Below are positions 1 through 6,435 of a DNA stretch of 32,000 bases, piece after piece; position 1 is the first letter of the stretch, and the number at the start of each line of letters is the position of its first letter. Where the stretch lies: positions 150,001-182,000 of the forward strand of contig JBGQBI010000006.1 of assembly GCA_041494705.1 (NCBI GenBank), given 5' to 3'. The notes below the pieces were generated by a model, which made no database searches, had not been told where the DNA came from, and worked only from the letters and a program-made list of their open reading frames with translations. Origin of the DNA: Candidatus Methanoperedens sp. Lineage in GTDB: Archaea; Halobacteriota; Methanosarcinia; Methanosarcinales; Methanoperedenaceae. The position numbers were made by a program, and so were the translations under genes.

Positions 1-2
1 CC

Positions 3-371
3 GCCGCAGCCTGTAATCTGTGTCACGACAACAATGGAATGTCTATAGGGAGTGGAGGTATCGGTACAATAACACATTACATCAAAAATGTGACTGATAC
101 AATGACAACTCCATATGGACATTTTGGTACGATTGATACTACCAATTGTCTCATTTGCCACAATGACCAATATACAGGAAATGCATCATGGGGCTCACCA
201 GTAAATATTACGACAAGTTTAAAGAGAAAACATACTGAAACGACAAATGTACAATGTGACGGCTGTCATAAAGACGATACCATTAGTACGCTGGCTAATG
301 TTGATTTCCATAATGCATCACTTAGTAATTTTGGAGGCAATTGTCTGGATTGTCATGCTAAGGCAGAATAA
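3..371 (+). CDS. multihaem c-type cytochrome, 5' end cut by the window edge
   Basis: The frame is open from base 3 (AAACNLCHDNNG precedes the listed Met at 39). Four CxxCH haem-binding motifs are present: CNLCH, CLICH, CDGCH, CLDCH. Stop codon at 369-371. Confidence 0.8.
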   Translation, partial: AAACNLCHDNNGMSIGSGGIGTITHYIKNVTDTMTTPYGHFGTIDTTNCLICHNDQYTGNASWGSPVNITTSLKRKHTETTNVQCDGCHKDDTISTLANVDFHNASLSNFGGNCLDCHAKAE

Positions 372-384
372 GGGGGAAAAATAA

Positions 385-531
385 GAACATAAAAGACCCC
401 ATAGTTCTCTCAAAGGAAAAACACCAGCCGAAGCCGCAGGAATTAAGCTTGACCTTACAAACAGATGGGAGAGCTTGATTGATTTGGCTACGAAATGGAA
501 AGCGAATAAAACCATAACAGAAGTATGTTAA
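385..531 (+). pseudogene. C-terminal fragment of an IS6-family DDE transposase
   Basis: My translation reads EHKRPHSSLKGKTPAEAAGIKLDLTNRWESLIDL...EVC*. This parallels the tail of the intact transposase at 2164-3333 (IRTHEGLDGKTPAEACGIEVMGENKWITLIQ). It has no N-terminal part and begins right after a stop codon, 13 bp downstream of the cytochrome stop. Confidence 0.6.
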
Positions 532-541
532 AGGAGATATT

Positions 542-703
542 ATGACAGATAAGGGATTGAGTACAACAGCGCAAGAATCAAAGGGAAAATTCACTACACC
601 GATACCGACAGCACTTGTTAATTTATTAGGAATTGAAAAAGGTAATAAGCTTGTTTGGAATTTAAACAACGGTGAAATAACAATAAAGGTTGTGAAAGTA
701 TGA
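542..703 (+). CDS. AbrB/SpoVT-like (MazE/VapB-type antitoxin fold) small DNA-binding protein, 53 aa
   Basis: This ORF is below the track cutoff and I translated it by hand: MTDKGLSTTAQESKGKFTTPIPTALVNLLGIEKGNKLVWNLNNGEITIKVVKV. The swapped-hairpin pattern (TxPIP..lv..LgiekGdkLvw) is present. AGGAG lies 7 nt upstream of the ATG. Confidence 0.55.
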   Translation: MTDKGLSTTAQESKGKFTTPIPTALVNLLGIEKGNKLVWNLNNGEITIKVVKV

Positions 704-786
704 CTAAAGATGTTGAAGGGGAATTGTCTCATCTCGATAAAATGATAACATCGCTTGTTGAAATCTTAAATAGGAACAATAAATAA
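700..786 (+). CDS. 28-aa ORF coupled to the AbrB-like gene by an ATGA overlap; possibly a truncated partner gene
   Basis: It reads MTKDVEGELSHLDKMITSLVEILNRNNK*. The start overlaps the upstream stop (ATGA at 700-703), the same junction type as in the cassette at 1435-2030. There is no other support. Confidence 0.2.
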   Translation: MTKDVEGELSHLDKMITSLVEILNRNNK

Positions 787-919
787 TAATGCTATAATTA
801 TTGCTAATAGATTGTCTTTAAAGGAACCCATAAAAAACGAAAATCCTATCAAATACAATAACCATTCATTTCTTGACCGTCGCTTTAGTAACTCCTCCAG
901 TTAGCTGGGCATCAGCCAT

Positions 920-1438
920 TCATTCACTCCCACAAAATAGCAACCGATTTTTGACAGCGATTCGGAAATGCCTGAGCAACCGAAGACTTGACAGAGCCAC
1001 CCATCGGGTTCTGTCAAGTCTTCGTCGGTTAATTTTTGTGTCAAAATCCGTCGGATATGGATTTAAGATTATTGTTTTTGATACTACAAATCTATATTCG
1101 ATACCATCTTGACCAATAGCGATGATAACTTCAGAATGGGGTTTATAATAACAAATAATAGGAATTTCTGCAATTCCCGTTAAATCCTTCGATAAATAAC
1201 ATGGAAAAATCTTTAATTTAGATTTTTTCTCAGACTTGATAATCCTGTAAAGAATACCATCCCAACCTTTAATTAAAAGGATATTATTATACGCATCTAT
1301 GACTTCAAAATAATGTTTAATAAATATTTCTTTTATATTTCCAACTTTTTCGATGTTGGAAAGGTGGCATTCGTGTGAATCAAAAAACTCTGATGATATA
1401 GTACTACCACATCGCTCACATTTTATAATATTTTTCAT
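920..1438 (-). CDS. hypothetical Zn-ribbon protein (172-aa ORF), third gene of the IS cargo cassette
   Basis: N-terminal CxxC...HxCH motif (CERCGSTISSEFFDSHECH) followed by a region that looks beta-rich. The start overlaps the upstream stop (ATGA at 1435-1438). The last ~50 codons read through the left inverted repeat and out of the element to a stop at 920, so the native C-terminus is uncertain. Confidence 0.5.
   Translation of the reverse strand: MKNIIKCERCGSTISSEFFDSHECHLSNIEKVGNIKEIFIKHYFEVIDAYNNILLIKGWDGILYRIIKSEKKSKLKIFPCYLSKDLTGIAEIPIICYYKPHSEVIIAIGQDGIEYRFVVSKTIILNPYPTDFDTKINRRRLDRTRWVALSSLRLLRHFRIAVKNRLLFCGSE
942..998 (+). mobile_element. solo right-end remnant of a related IS6-family element
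   Basis: Positions 980-998 (ccgaagacttgacagagcc) match 17 of the terminal 19 bp of the intact element's right inverted repeat, 18 of the terminal 18. A subterminal TTTTTGACA motif at 947-955 mirrors the one in the intact end. No transposase gene is attached. Confidence 0.6.
999..1006. repeat. 8-bp target-site duplication, left copy (ACCCATCG)
   Basis: It is identical to 3341-3348 and lies immediately outside the left inverted repeat. 8 bp is the duplication size typical of the IS6 family. Confidence 0.75.
1007..1028 (+). repeat. left terminal inverted repeat (IRL) of the IS6-family element
   Basis: GGTTCTGTCAAGTCTTCGTCGG is the exact reverse complement of 3319-3340. Confidence 0.8.
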
Positions 1439-1854
1439 TCAACATCACCTGTAAAATGCGGGGACATCTGTTCAAGTTCTTCGATTTTATTCTTAGCGTC
1501 TATAAGTTCTATATTTACCCTTTCAAGCTCTTTTGTAAGTTCGATATTCATATCAGAACATTCCTTTAATTTTTTGACTACTCCTTCCCCAGGTTTTACA
1601 ATTCCATGTGTAAGAGCTTGATTTATAATAAGTAAACATGTATTTGCAGTCACCCATTTACTTAATGGGTCGGAGATTTTTGCTTTCATTTCATATTCTG
1701 TCATTGCAATGGCTAAGTAATCTGACATTTCATCTTTTTTGTCCACAACCAATTCAAGATTTCTCATACGTTGGATAAAATCTTCTATTTGTATATATAT
1801 GTCTGATTTGAATAGGTCTTCTGATATCTTTTCTTGTTTATCCAATGCAGTCAT
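1435..1854 (-). CDS. hypothetical 139-aa helical / coiled-coil protein, second gene of the IS cargo cassette
   Basis: Long ORF with ATGA overlaps at both ends. The C-terminal heptad-like segment is ELTKELERVNIELIDAKNKIEELEQ. I recognise no family. Confidence 0.55.
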   Translation of the reverse strand: MTALDKQEKISEDLFKSDIYIQIEDFIQRMRNLELVVDKKDEMSDYLAIAMTEYEMKAKISDPLSKWVTANTCLLIINQALTHGIVKPGEGVVKKLKECSDMNIELTKELERVNIELIDAKNKIEELEQMSPHFTGDVE

Positions 1855-2030
1855 TTTGTAGCCTCCGCTTTTTTTATCTTAGCTATTTTTTTACCCTTCT
1901 CTATTTCCATAGTCCATTCGAGCTTATCTCCAGCCTGTATATCAAGAAATTCCACTATACCTTCAGGTACTGTGGCTCTAAGTGATTTCGTGCCGAGTTT
2001 AGCTATTCCAACTGTACTTGATAAACTCAT
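1851..2030 (-). CDS. AbrB/SpoVT-like small DNA-binding protein (59 aa), first gene of the IS cargo cassette
   Basis: Hand translation of the minus strand: MSLSSTVGIAKLGTKSLRATVPEGIVEFLDIQAGDKLEWTMEIEKGKKIAKIKKAEATK. It has the same fold signature as the ORF at 542-703 (TVPegiveflDiqaGDkLeW). Its stop overlaps the next start (ATGA). Confidence 0.55.
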   Translation of the reverse strand: MSLSSTVGIAKLGTKSLRATVPEGIVEFLDIQAGDKLEWTMEIEKGKKIAKIKKAEATK

Positions 2031-2163
2031 AATATCACATGTTTATTAAAAGTTATAATGGTATATATATCTATCGTCAAATTTGCTAATATAACTACCA
2101 ACCAAAAGGTATATACATCATTAAAACGATAGATAAGATAGTAGATAAATTGAGGTAATTAAA

Positions 2164-3333
2164 ATGTTTGCCAAAGATAACAACCTGCAAACCGTAGGAA
2201 CAAGAGAAGAAAGAGGTAAAGCCATAGCTGAAATGGGAAATCAGATAGAAAGGATAGATGAACATTCGTATAAAGTGAAATCACAGACAAGCAACGTTAT
2301 TTATAATGTGAAAACTACTGAAATAGGCTGGAAATGTTCATGCCTTGACCACGTTACCAGAGGCTTAAAATGCAAGCATATTTGGGCAGTTGAGGTCTCT
2401 TTTGCGATAAGAAAAGAAGTTGAGGTCAGAAAGATAGAGCCTATCGTTACTATTTCGACTTGTATCTTCTGTGGTTCATCCAACCTTGAAAAAGACGGCA
2501 TCAGACATAACAAACATGGGGATATTCAAAAATACCATTGCATTGATTGTAATCGCTATTTCTCATTCAATATCGGCTTCGAGAAAATGAAACATAATCC
2601 GCAAGCAGTCACAACAGCCATGCAGTTGTATTTTTCAGGAGAATCGCTCAGGAATACGCAGAAATCGCTTAGAATACTCGGCGTTGAGGTTTCATATCAA
2701 ACTGTTAGCAATTGGATTGAAAAATACACATTATTGATGAAACAGTATGTGGATAAGCTGAAACCTAATGTTGGCGATACATGGCGAGCGGATGAGGTTT
2801 TCGTAAAATTCAGCGGTAATATGAAATATCTCTTTGCATTGATGGATGATGAAACAAGATACTGGATTGCTCAGGAAGTCGCTGATACAAAGTTTAAACA
2901 CGATGCACAAAGCTTATTCCATGAAGGTAAAGAACTCATGGGAAAAAGACCTAATGTCCTGATAACTGATGGACTAAGAGCCTATCACGATGCTTTTAAC
3001 AGGGAATTTTACCAAAATTCAAGCCCACGCTCAAAGCATATCAACGCTATAAAGCTGGATGGGGACATGAACAATAACAAAATGGAAAGGATTAATGGAG
3101 AGATAAGGGATAGGGAAAAGGTTATGAGAGGATTAAAAAAGAAAGATACGCCCATCCTCAAAGGCTATCAGATTTATCATAACTTCATAAGAACTCATGA
3201 AGGTCTTGACGGAAAGACACCCGCCGAAGCCTGCGGAATAGAGGTTATGGGTGAGAATAAATGGATTACACTAATACAGAACGCCAGCCACCCGACGAAT
3301 TTTGACAGCAAGTCTAATCCGACGAAGACTTGA
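2164..3333 (+). CDS. IS6-family DDE transposase with N-terminal SWIM-type and ribbon zinc fingers
   Basis: 389 aa. It has a CSCLDHVTRGLKCKHIW motif (CxC..CxH, SWIM-like) and CIFCGS...HCIDCNRYF. Candidate DDE residues lie in WRADEVFVKF, LITDGLRAYHDAF and NNKMERINGEIRDREK. The RTHEGLDGKTPAE tail is typical of retroviral-integrase-fold transposases. The stop lies inside the right inverted repeat. Confidence 0.85.
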   Translation: MFAKDNNLQTVGTREERGKAIAEMGNQIERIDEHSYKVKSQTSNVIYNVKTTEIGWKCSCLDHVTRGLKCKHIWAVEVSFAIRKEVEVRKIEPIVTISTCIFCGSSNLEKDGIRHNKHGDIQKYHCIDCNRYFSFNIGFEKMKHNPQAVTTAMQLYFSGESLRNTQKSLRILGVEVSYQTVSNWIEKYTLLMKQYVDKLKPNVGDTWRADEVFVKFSGNMKYLFALMDDETRYWIAQEVADTKFKHDAQSLFHEGKELMGKRPNVLITDGLRAYHDAFNREFYQNSSPRSKHINAIKLDGDMNNNKMERINGEIRDREKVMRGLKKKDTPILKGYQIYHNFIRTHEGLDGKTPAEACGIEVMGENKWITLIQNASHPTNFDSKSNPTKT

Positions 3334-3340
3334 CAGAACC
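3319..3340 (+). repeat. right terminal inverted repeat (IRR) of the IS6-family element
   Basis: CCGACGAAGACTTGACAGAACC is the exact reverse complement of 1007-1028. Confidence 0.8.
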
Positions 3341-3348
3341 ACCCATCG
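3341..3348. repeat. 8-bp target-site duplication, right copy (ACCCATCG)
   Basis: Identical to 999-1006 and immediately outside the right inverted repeat. Confidence 0.75.
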
Positions 3349-3419
3349 GAATTCTTATATAGAACGACAAACATTGATTTGCCCAAATAGCAGCCCGGTA
3401 ATTGTATAATTATATTAAA

Positions 3420-3427
3420 TTTATATA
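3420..3427 (+). promoter_or_regulatory. candidate archaeal TATA box for the thermosome gene
   Basis: TTTATATA lies 58 bp upstream of the ATG at 3485, with GGAG at about 3470 as a ribosome-binding site. The region is AT-rich, so alternative boxes exist. Confidence 0.3.
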
Positions 3428-3484
3428 ATTAACCGGCGCATCAAAATAATATTACTAAAAACCGGAATCAGGAGATAATCATTT

Positions 3485-5122
3485 ATGGCAGCACAACTTG
3501 GCGGACAACCAATCATAATCTTAAGGGAAGGCACTGAGAGAACACGCGGGCAGGAAGCAAGGAACAATAACATCATGGCGGCAAAAGCAGTTGCAGATGC
3601 CGTGAGAACCACACTTGGACCAAAAGGAATGGATAAGATGCTCGTGGGCGGCGGGAACATTACAATCACAAACGACGGCGTCACAATCCTTAAAGAAATG
3701 GAAATAGAGCACCCTGCAGCAAAAATGCTCGTAGAGGTAGCAAAAACGCAGGATGATGAAGTCGGGGATGGAACCACCACAGCCGCAGTTCTTACAGGTG
3801 AATTGCTTTCACAGGCGCAGGTATTATTGGACCAGGACCTCCACCCCACAATAATAGTGTCAGGCTACAGGATGGCCGCTGACAAGGCAATTGAACTCCT
3901 GAAGGAAATTACCCACACAATCACAGAGGATGATGAGGAGCATCTGTTGAAAATAGCAACCACCGCAATGACAGGAAAGGGCGCCGAGGGTTCAAAAGAA
4001 AAACTTGCAAAAATCGCAGTTGCCGCTATCAAATCCATTGTTGATGAGGAAGACGGGAAAAAAATAGTTGATATTGATAATATTAAAATCGAGAAAAAAG
4101 TAGGAAAAAGCGTTGATGATTGCGAATTTATCAAAGGCATTGTTCTTGATAAAGATAAAGTCCACAACAACATGCCAAACAAGGTAACAGATGCGAAGAT
4201 TGCGCTCATCACGCGGCCTATTGAATTCAGCAAGATGGAACTTGAAGCCGAGATTAACATTTCAACACCGGGTGAGCTTTCACAATATCTTGACCAGGAA
4301 GAACAGATTGTCCATGATATCGTGAACCGGATAGCAGAGAGCGGCGCCAATGTCGTGTTGTGTCAATTGGGCATAGAAGACATCGCGCAGCATTACCTTG
4401 CAAAAGCGAATATTCTTGCAGTACAACGTGTTGCACAAAAGGATATCGAGAAAGTTGCAAGGGCAATAGGTGCAAATCTCATTACAAGCCTTGACGATTT
4501 TGACGCCTCGGACTTGGGAAGCGCGGGATTTGTTGAATTGAAGGGGCACGGCGAGGATAAGATGCTTTATATTACTGAATGCAGCAATCCCAGGGCAGTA
4601 TCGATCATTATACACGGCGGCACAGAGCATGTACTGGAAAGCACCGAACGGGCTCTTGAAGATGCGTTAAGGGTTGTGGGCGTTGCGGTTGAAGATGGGA
4701 AACTGGTTGCAGGCGCAGGCTCGCCTGAAATCGAGCTTGCCTTGCGGTTAAAGGACTACGCTTCGACATTGAAAGGCAGGGAGCAGCTTTCTGTGACAAA
4801 GTTTGCAGAGGCGCTTGAAATCATCCCGAAAACCCTTGCGGAAAATGCGGGGCTTGACCCTATAGATATGCTTGTGGAACTCCGCAGCCAGCATGAGAAG
4901 GGGAACAAGGATGCAGGGCTTAACGTATTCACAGGAAAAGCTGAAAATATGTGGAAGAACGGGGTTATTGAACCTCTTCGCGTCAAGACGCAGGCTATAA
5001 ACTCGGCAACCGAAACCGCTATCATGATTTTGAGAATAGATGACGTGCTTGCAGCTTCAGGCGGCGGCGCCGAACAGGGCGGAGCTTGCGGCATGGGAGG
5101 CATGCCTCCGGGCATGATGTGA
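3485..5122 (+). CDS. ths: thermosome subunit (group II chaperonin)
   Basis: 545 aa. TCP-1/thermosome signatures are [20 protein letters not shown] and [12 protein letters not shown], plus the C-terminal GGMPPGMM tail. Confidence 0.97.
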   Translation: MAAQLGGQPIIILREGTERTRGQEARNNNIMAAKAVADAVRTTLGPKGMDKMLVGGGNITITNDGVTILKEMEIEHPAAKMLVEVAKTQDDEVGDGTTTAAVLTGELLSQAQVLLDQDLHPTIIVSGYRMAADKAIELLKEITHTITEDDEEHLLKIATTAMTGKGAEGSKEKLAKIAVAAIKSIVDEEDGKKIVDIDNIKIEKKVGKSVDDCEFIKGIVLDKDKVHNNMPNKVTDAKIALITRPIEFSKMELEAEINISTPGELSQYLDQEEQIVHDIVNRIAESGANVVLCQLGIEDIAQHYLAKANILAVQRVAQKDIEKVARAIGANLITSLDDFDASDLGSAGFVELKGHGEDKMLYITECSNPRAVSIIIHGGTEHVLESTERALEDALRVVGVAVEDGKLVAGAGSPEIELALRLKDYASTLKGREQLSVTKFAEALEIIPKTLAENAGLDPIDMLVELRSQHEKGNKDAGLNVFTGKAENMWKNGVIEPLRVKTQAINSATETAIMILRIDDVLAASGGGAEQGGACGMGGMPPGMM

Positions 5123-5240
5123 AAGCCGGGTTGCTTTCCCTTTTTGGCGATAAAATGGAAGAGGCGATGTATAATTGAAATACGCGCCTTATCCTTTGAT
5201 TTTTTGATATAACTAATAAAAAAGCTTGAGAATTTGGTTT

Positions 5241-5510
5241 TTATTTTGTCAACACAATTTCAATAATGGACACGTTGGAATCTCCCCTATCCGTGGCGAT
5301 TCTCTCAGTACCGATTTTTATATCCTTTATTTTGGAATCTGGTAAAAACCTGTTCCTTGAAACTTCCACCGCATCTACTGCCCTTGATATTGCTTTTCCC
5401 CTTGCTTTGACTGCAACTTCAGATGCGCCGTTGTTAAATTGCGTTACTACTGCAAGAACATAGTTCATCACTGGTTTGTTTCCGACATATACTATATTGT
5501 CATCTGTCAT
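5241..5510 (-). CDS. albA: Alba (Sso10b) chromatin / RNA-binding protein
   Basis: [21 protein letters not shown]...[18 protein letters not shown] is typical Alba. I placed the start at the internal Met (MTDDNIVYV) because GGGAGG lies 5 nt upstream. The longest ORF would start at 5534. Confidence 0.9.
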   Translation of the reverse strand: MTDDNIVYVGNKPVMNYVLAVVTQFNNGASEVAVKARGKAISRAVDAVEVSRNRFLPDSKIKDIKIGTERIATDRGDSNVSIIEIVLTK

Positions 5511-5676
5511 AACTGTCCTCCCTGAATTTAACAATCAATTACTATGCCACTACATATATTTACCGAAATTTTTTGATGAAAATTCAATACTTATTGAATC
5601 GATTATCACATTCCCGCCATCAATAAAGAGTGCAAAAGCGTCTCCTTTATATTCATAAAGTACCACTAAAGAACCC

Positions 5677-6399
5677 ATGATTAAGCGCTCGGAACTTTAT
5701 TCTGGCAAGGCAAAGACGGTCTTCAAAACAGACAATCCTGAAAAGCTGATAATGGAATTCAGGAACAGCCTGACGGCTTTTGACGGCAAGAAGAAAAGCG
5801 AAGCCCCAAAAAAAGGATATTACAATGCCCAGATAGCTGCAAAGCTCCTCCGGCTTCTTGAGGATAAAGGCATTAAAACGCATTTTGACAGCATGTTGTC
5901 CGGAACCGAGATGGTCGTGGATGCAGTGGATATCATAAAAATCGAAGTAATTGTGAGGAATATAGCAGCCGGTTCCCTTACCAAGAAATATCCTTTTAAG
6001 ACGGGGCAGAAACTTGACCCCCCGATAATACTATTCGATTATAAGAGCGATGAATACGGCGACCCGATGATTAATGAAGACATTGCGTTGGCGCTTGGGA
6101 TTGCAACTAAAGCTGAACTCTCAAAGATACGAAAACTTGCACTTTCGATTAATTCAATACTTATTCAATATCTTGATGAGAGAAACCTTTTGCTGCCTGA
6201 CTTTAAACTTGAGTTCGGACGGCGGAAGGGCAGGATAGTCCTGGCAGATGAGATTTCATGCGATACATGCAGGTTCTGGGATAAAACAACAGGCGAATCC
6301 CTTGATAAGGATGTGTTCAGGTTTGATAAGGGAGACCTTGTGGCTGCTTACCGTGAGGTTGCAAGACGGGTTGTGCCTGAGATATTTAAGGAAAAATAA
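5677..6399 (+). CDS. purC: phosphoribosylaminoimidazole-succinocarboxamide (SAICAR) synthase
   Basis: 240 aa. The N-terminal [22 protein letters not shown] and [14 protein letters not shown] are typical of PurC. Confidence 0.93.
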   Translation: MIKRSELYSGKAKTVFKTDNPEKLIMEFRNSLTAFDGKKKSEAPKKGYYNAQIAAKLLRLLEDKGIKTHFDSMLSGTEMVVDAVDIIKIEVIVRNIAAGSLTKKYPFKTGQKLDPPIILFDYKSDEYGDPMINEDIALALGIATKAELSKIRKLALSINSILIQYLDERNLLLPDFKLEFGRRKGRIVLADEISCDTCRFWDKTTGESLDKDVFRFDKGDLVAAYREVARRVVPEIFKEK

Positions 6400-6435
6400 G
6401 CGAGCTTGTCTGGCGCTATTTGATTGTTTTATACT

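Larger units (their letters stand above)
1007..3340 (+). mobile_element. IS6-family insertion element (2334 bp) with a cargo region
   Basis: Perfect 22-bp terminal inverted repeats GGTTCTGTCAAGTCTTCGTCGG at 1007-1028 and 3319-3340; the GGTTCTGT tip resembles the IS257/IS431 type. Subterminal TGTCAAAAT(C/T)CGTCGG repeats lie about 32 bp in from each tip (1039-1054 and 3292-3307). It is flanked by 8-bp direct repeats ACCCATCG, encodes a DDE transposase, and is visibly more AT-rich than its flanks. Confidence 0.8.

Noticed and set aside
358-732. 124-aa minus-strand ORF from the track
   Set aside because: It is antisense to two better-supported plus-strand features, the transposase tail fragment (385-531) and the AbrB-like gene with its ribosome-binding site (542-703). 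The protein is low-complexity and hydrophobic with no motif.
873-1112. 79-aa plus-strand ORF
   Set aside because: It runs straight across the IS-end palindrome and the target duplication. Its sequence is dictated by the repeats (SNRRLDRATHRVLSSLRRL), so it is almost certainly not a gene.
1834-2049. 71-aa plus-strand ORF
   Set aside because: It is antisense to the minus-strand AbrB-like gene, which has a recognisable fold signature and is coupled by ATGA to the next gene.
3421-5115. Many minus-strand and off-frame ORFs (for example 3421-3849, 3865-4350, 4756-5115)
   Set aside because: All lie within the thermosome coding region, which is unambiguous. They are typical shadow ORFs with Ser/Ala/Pro-rich low-complexity products.
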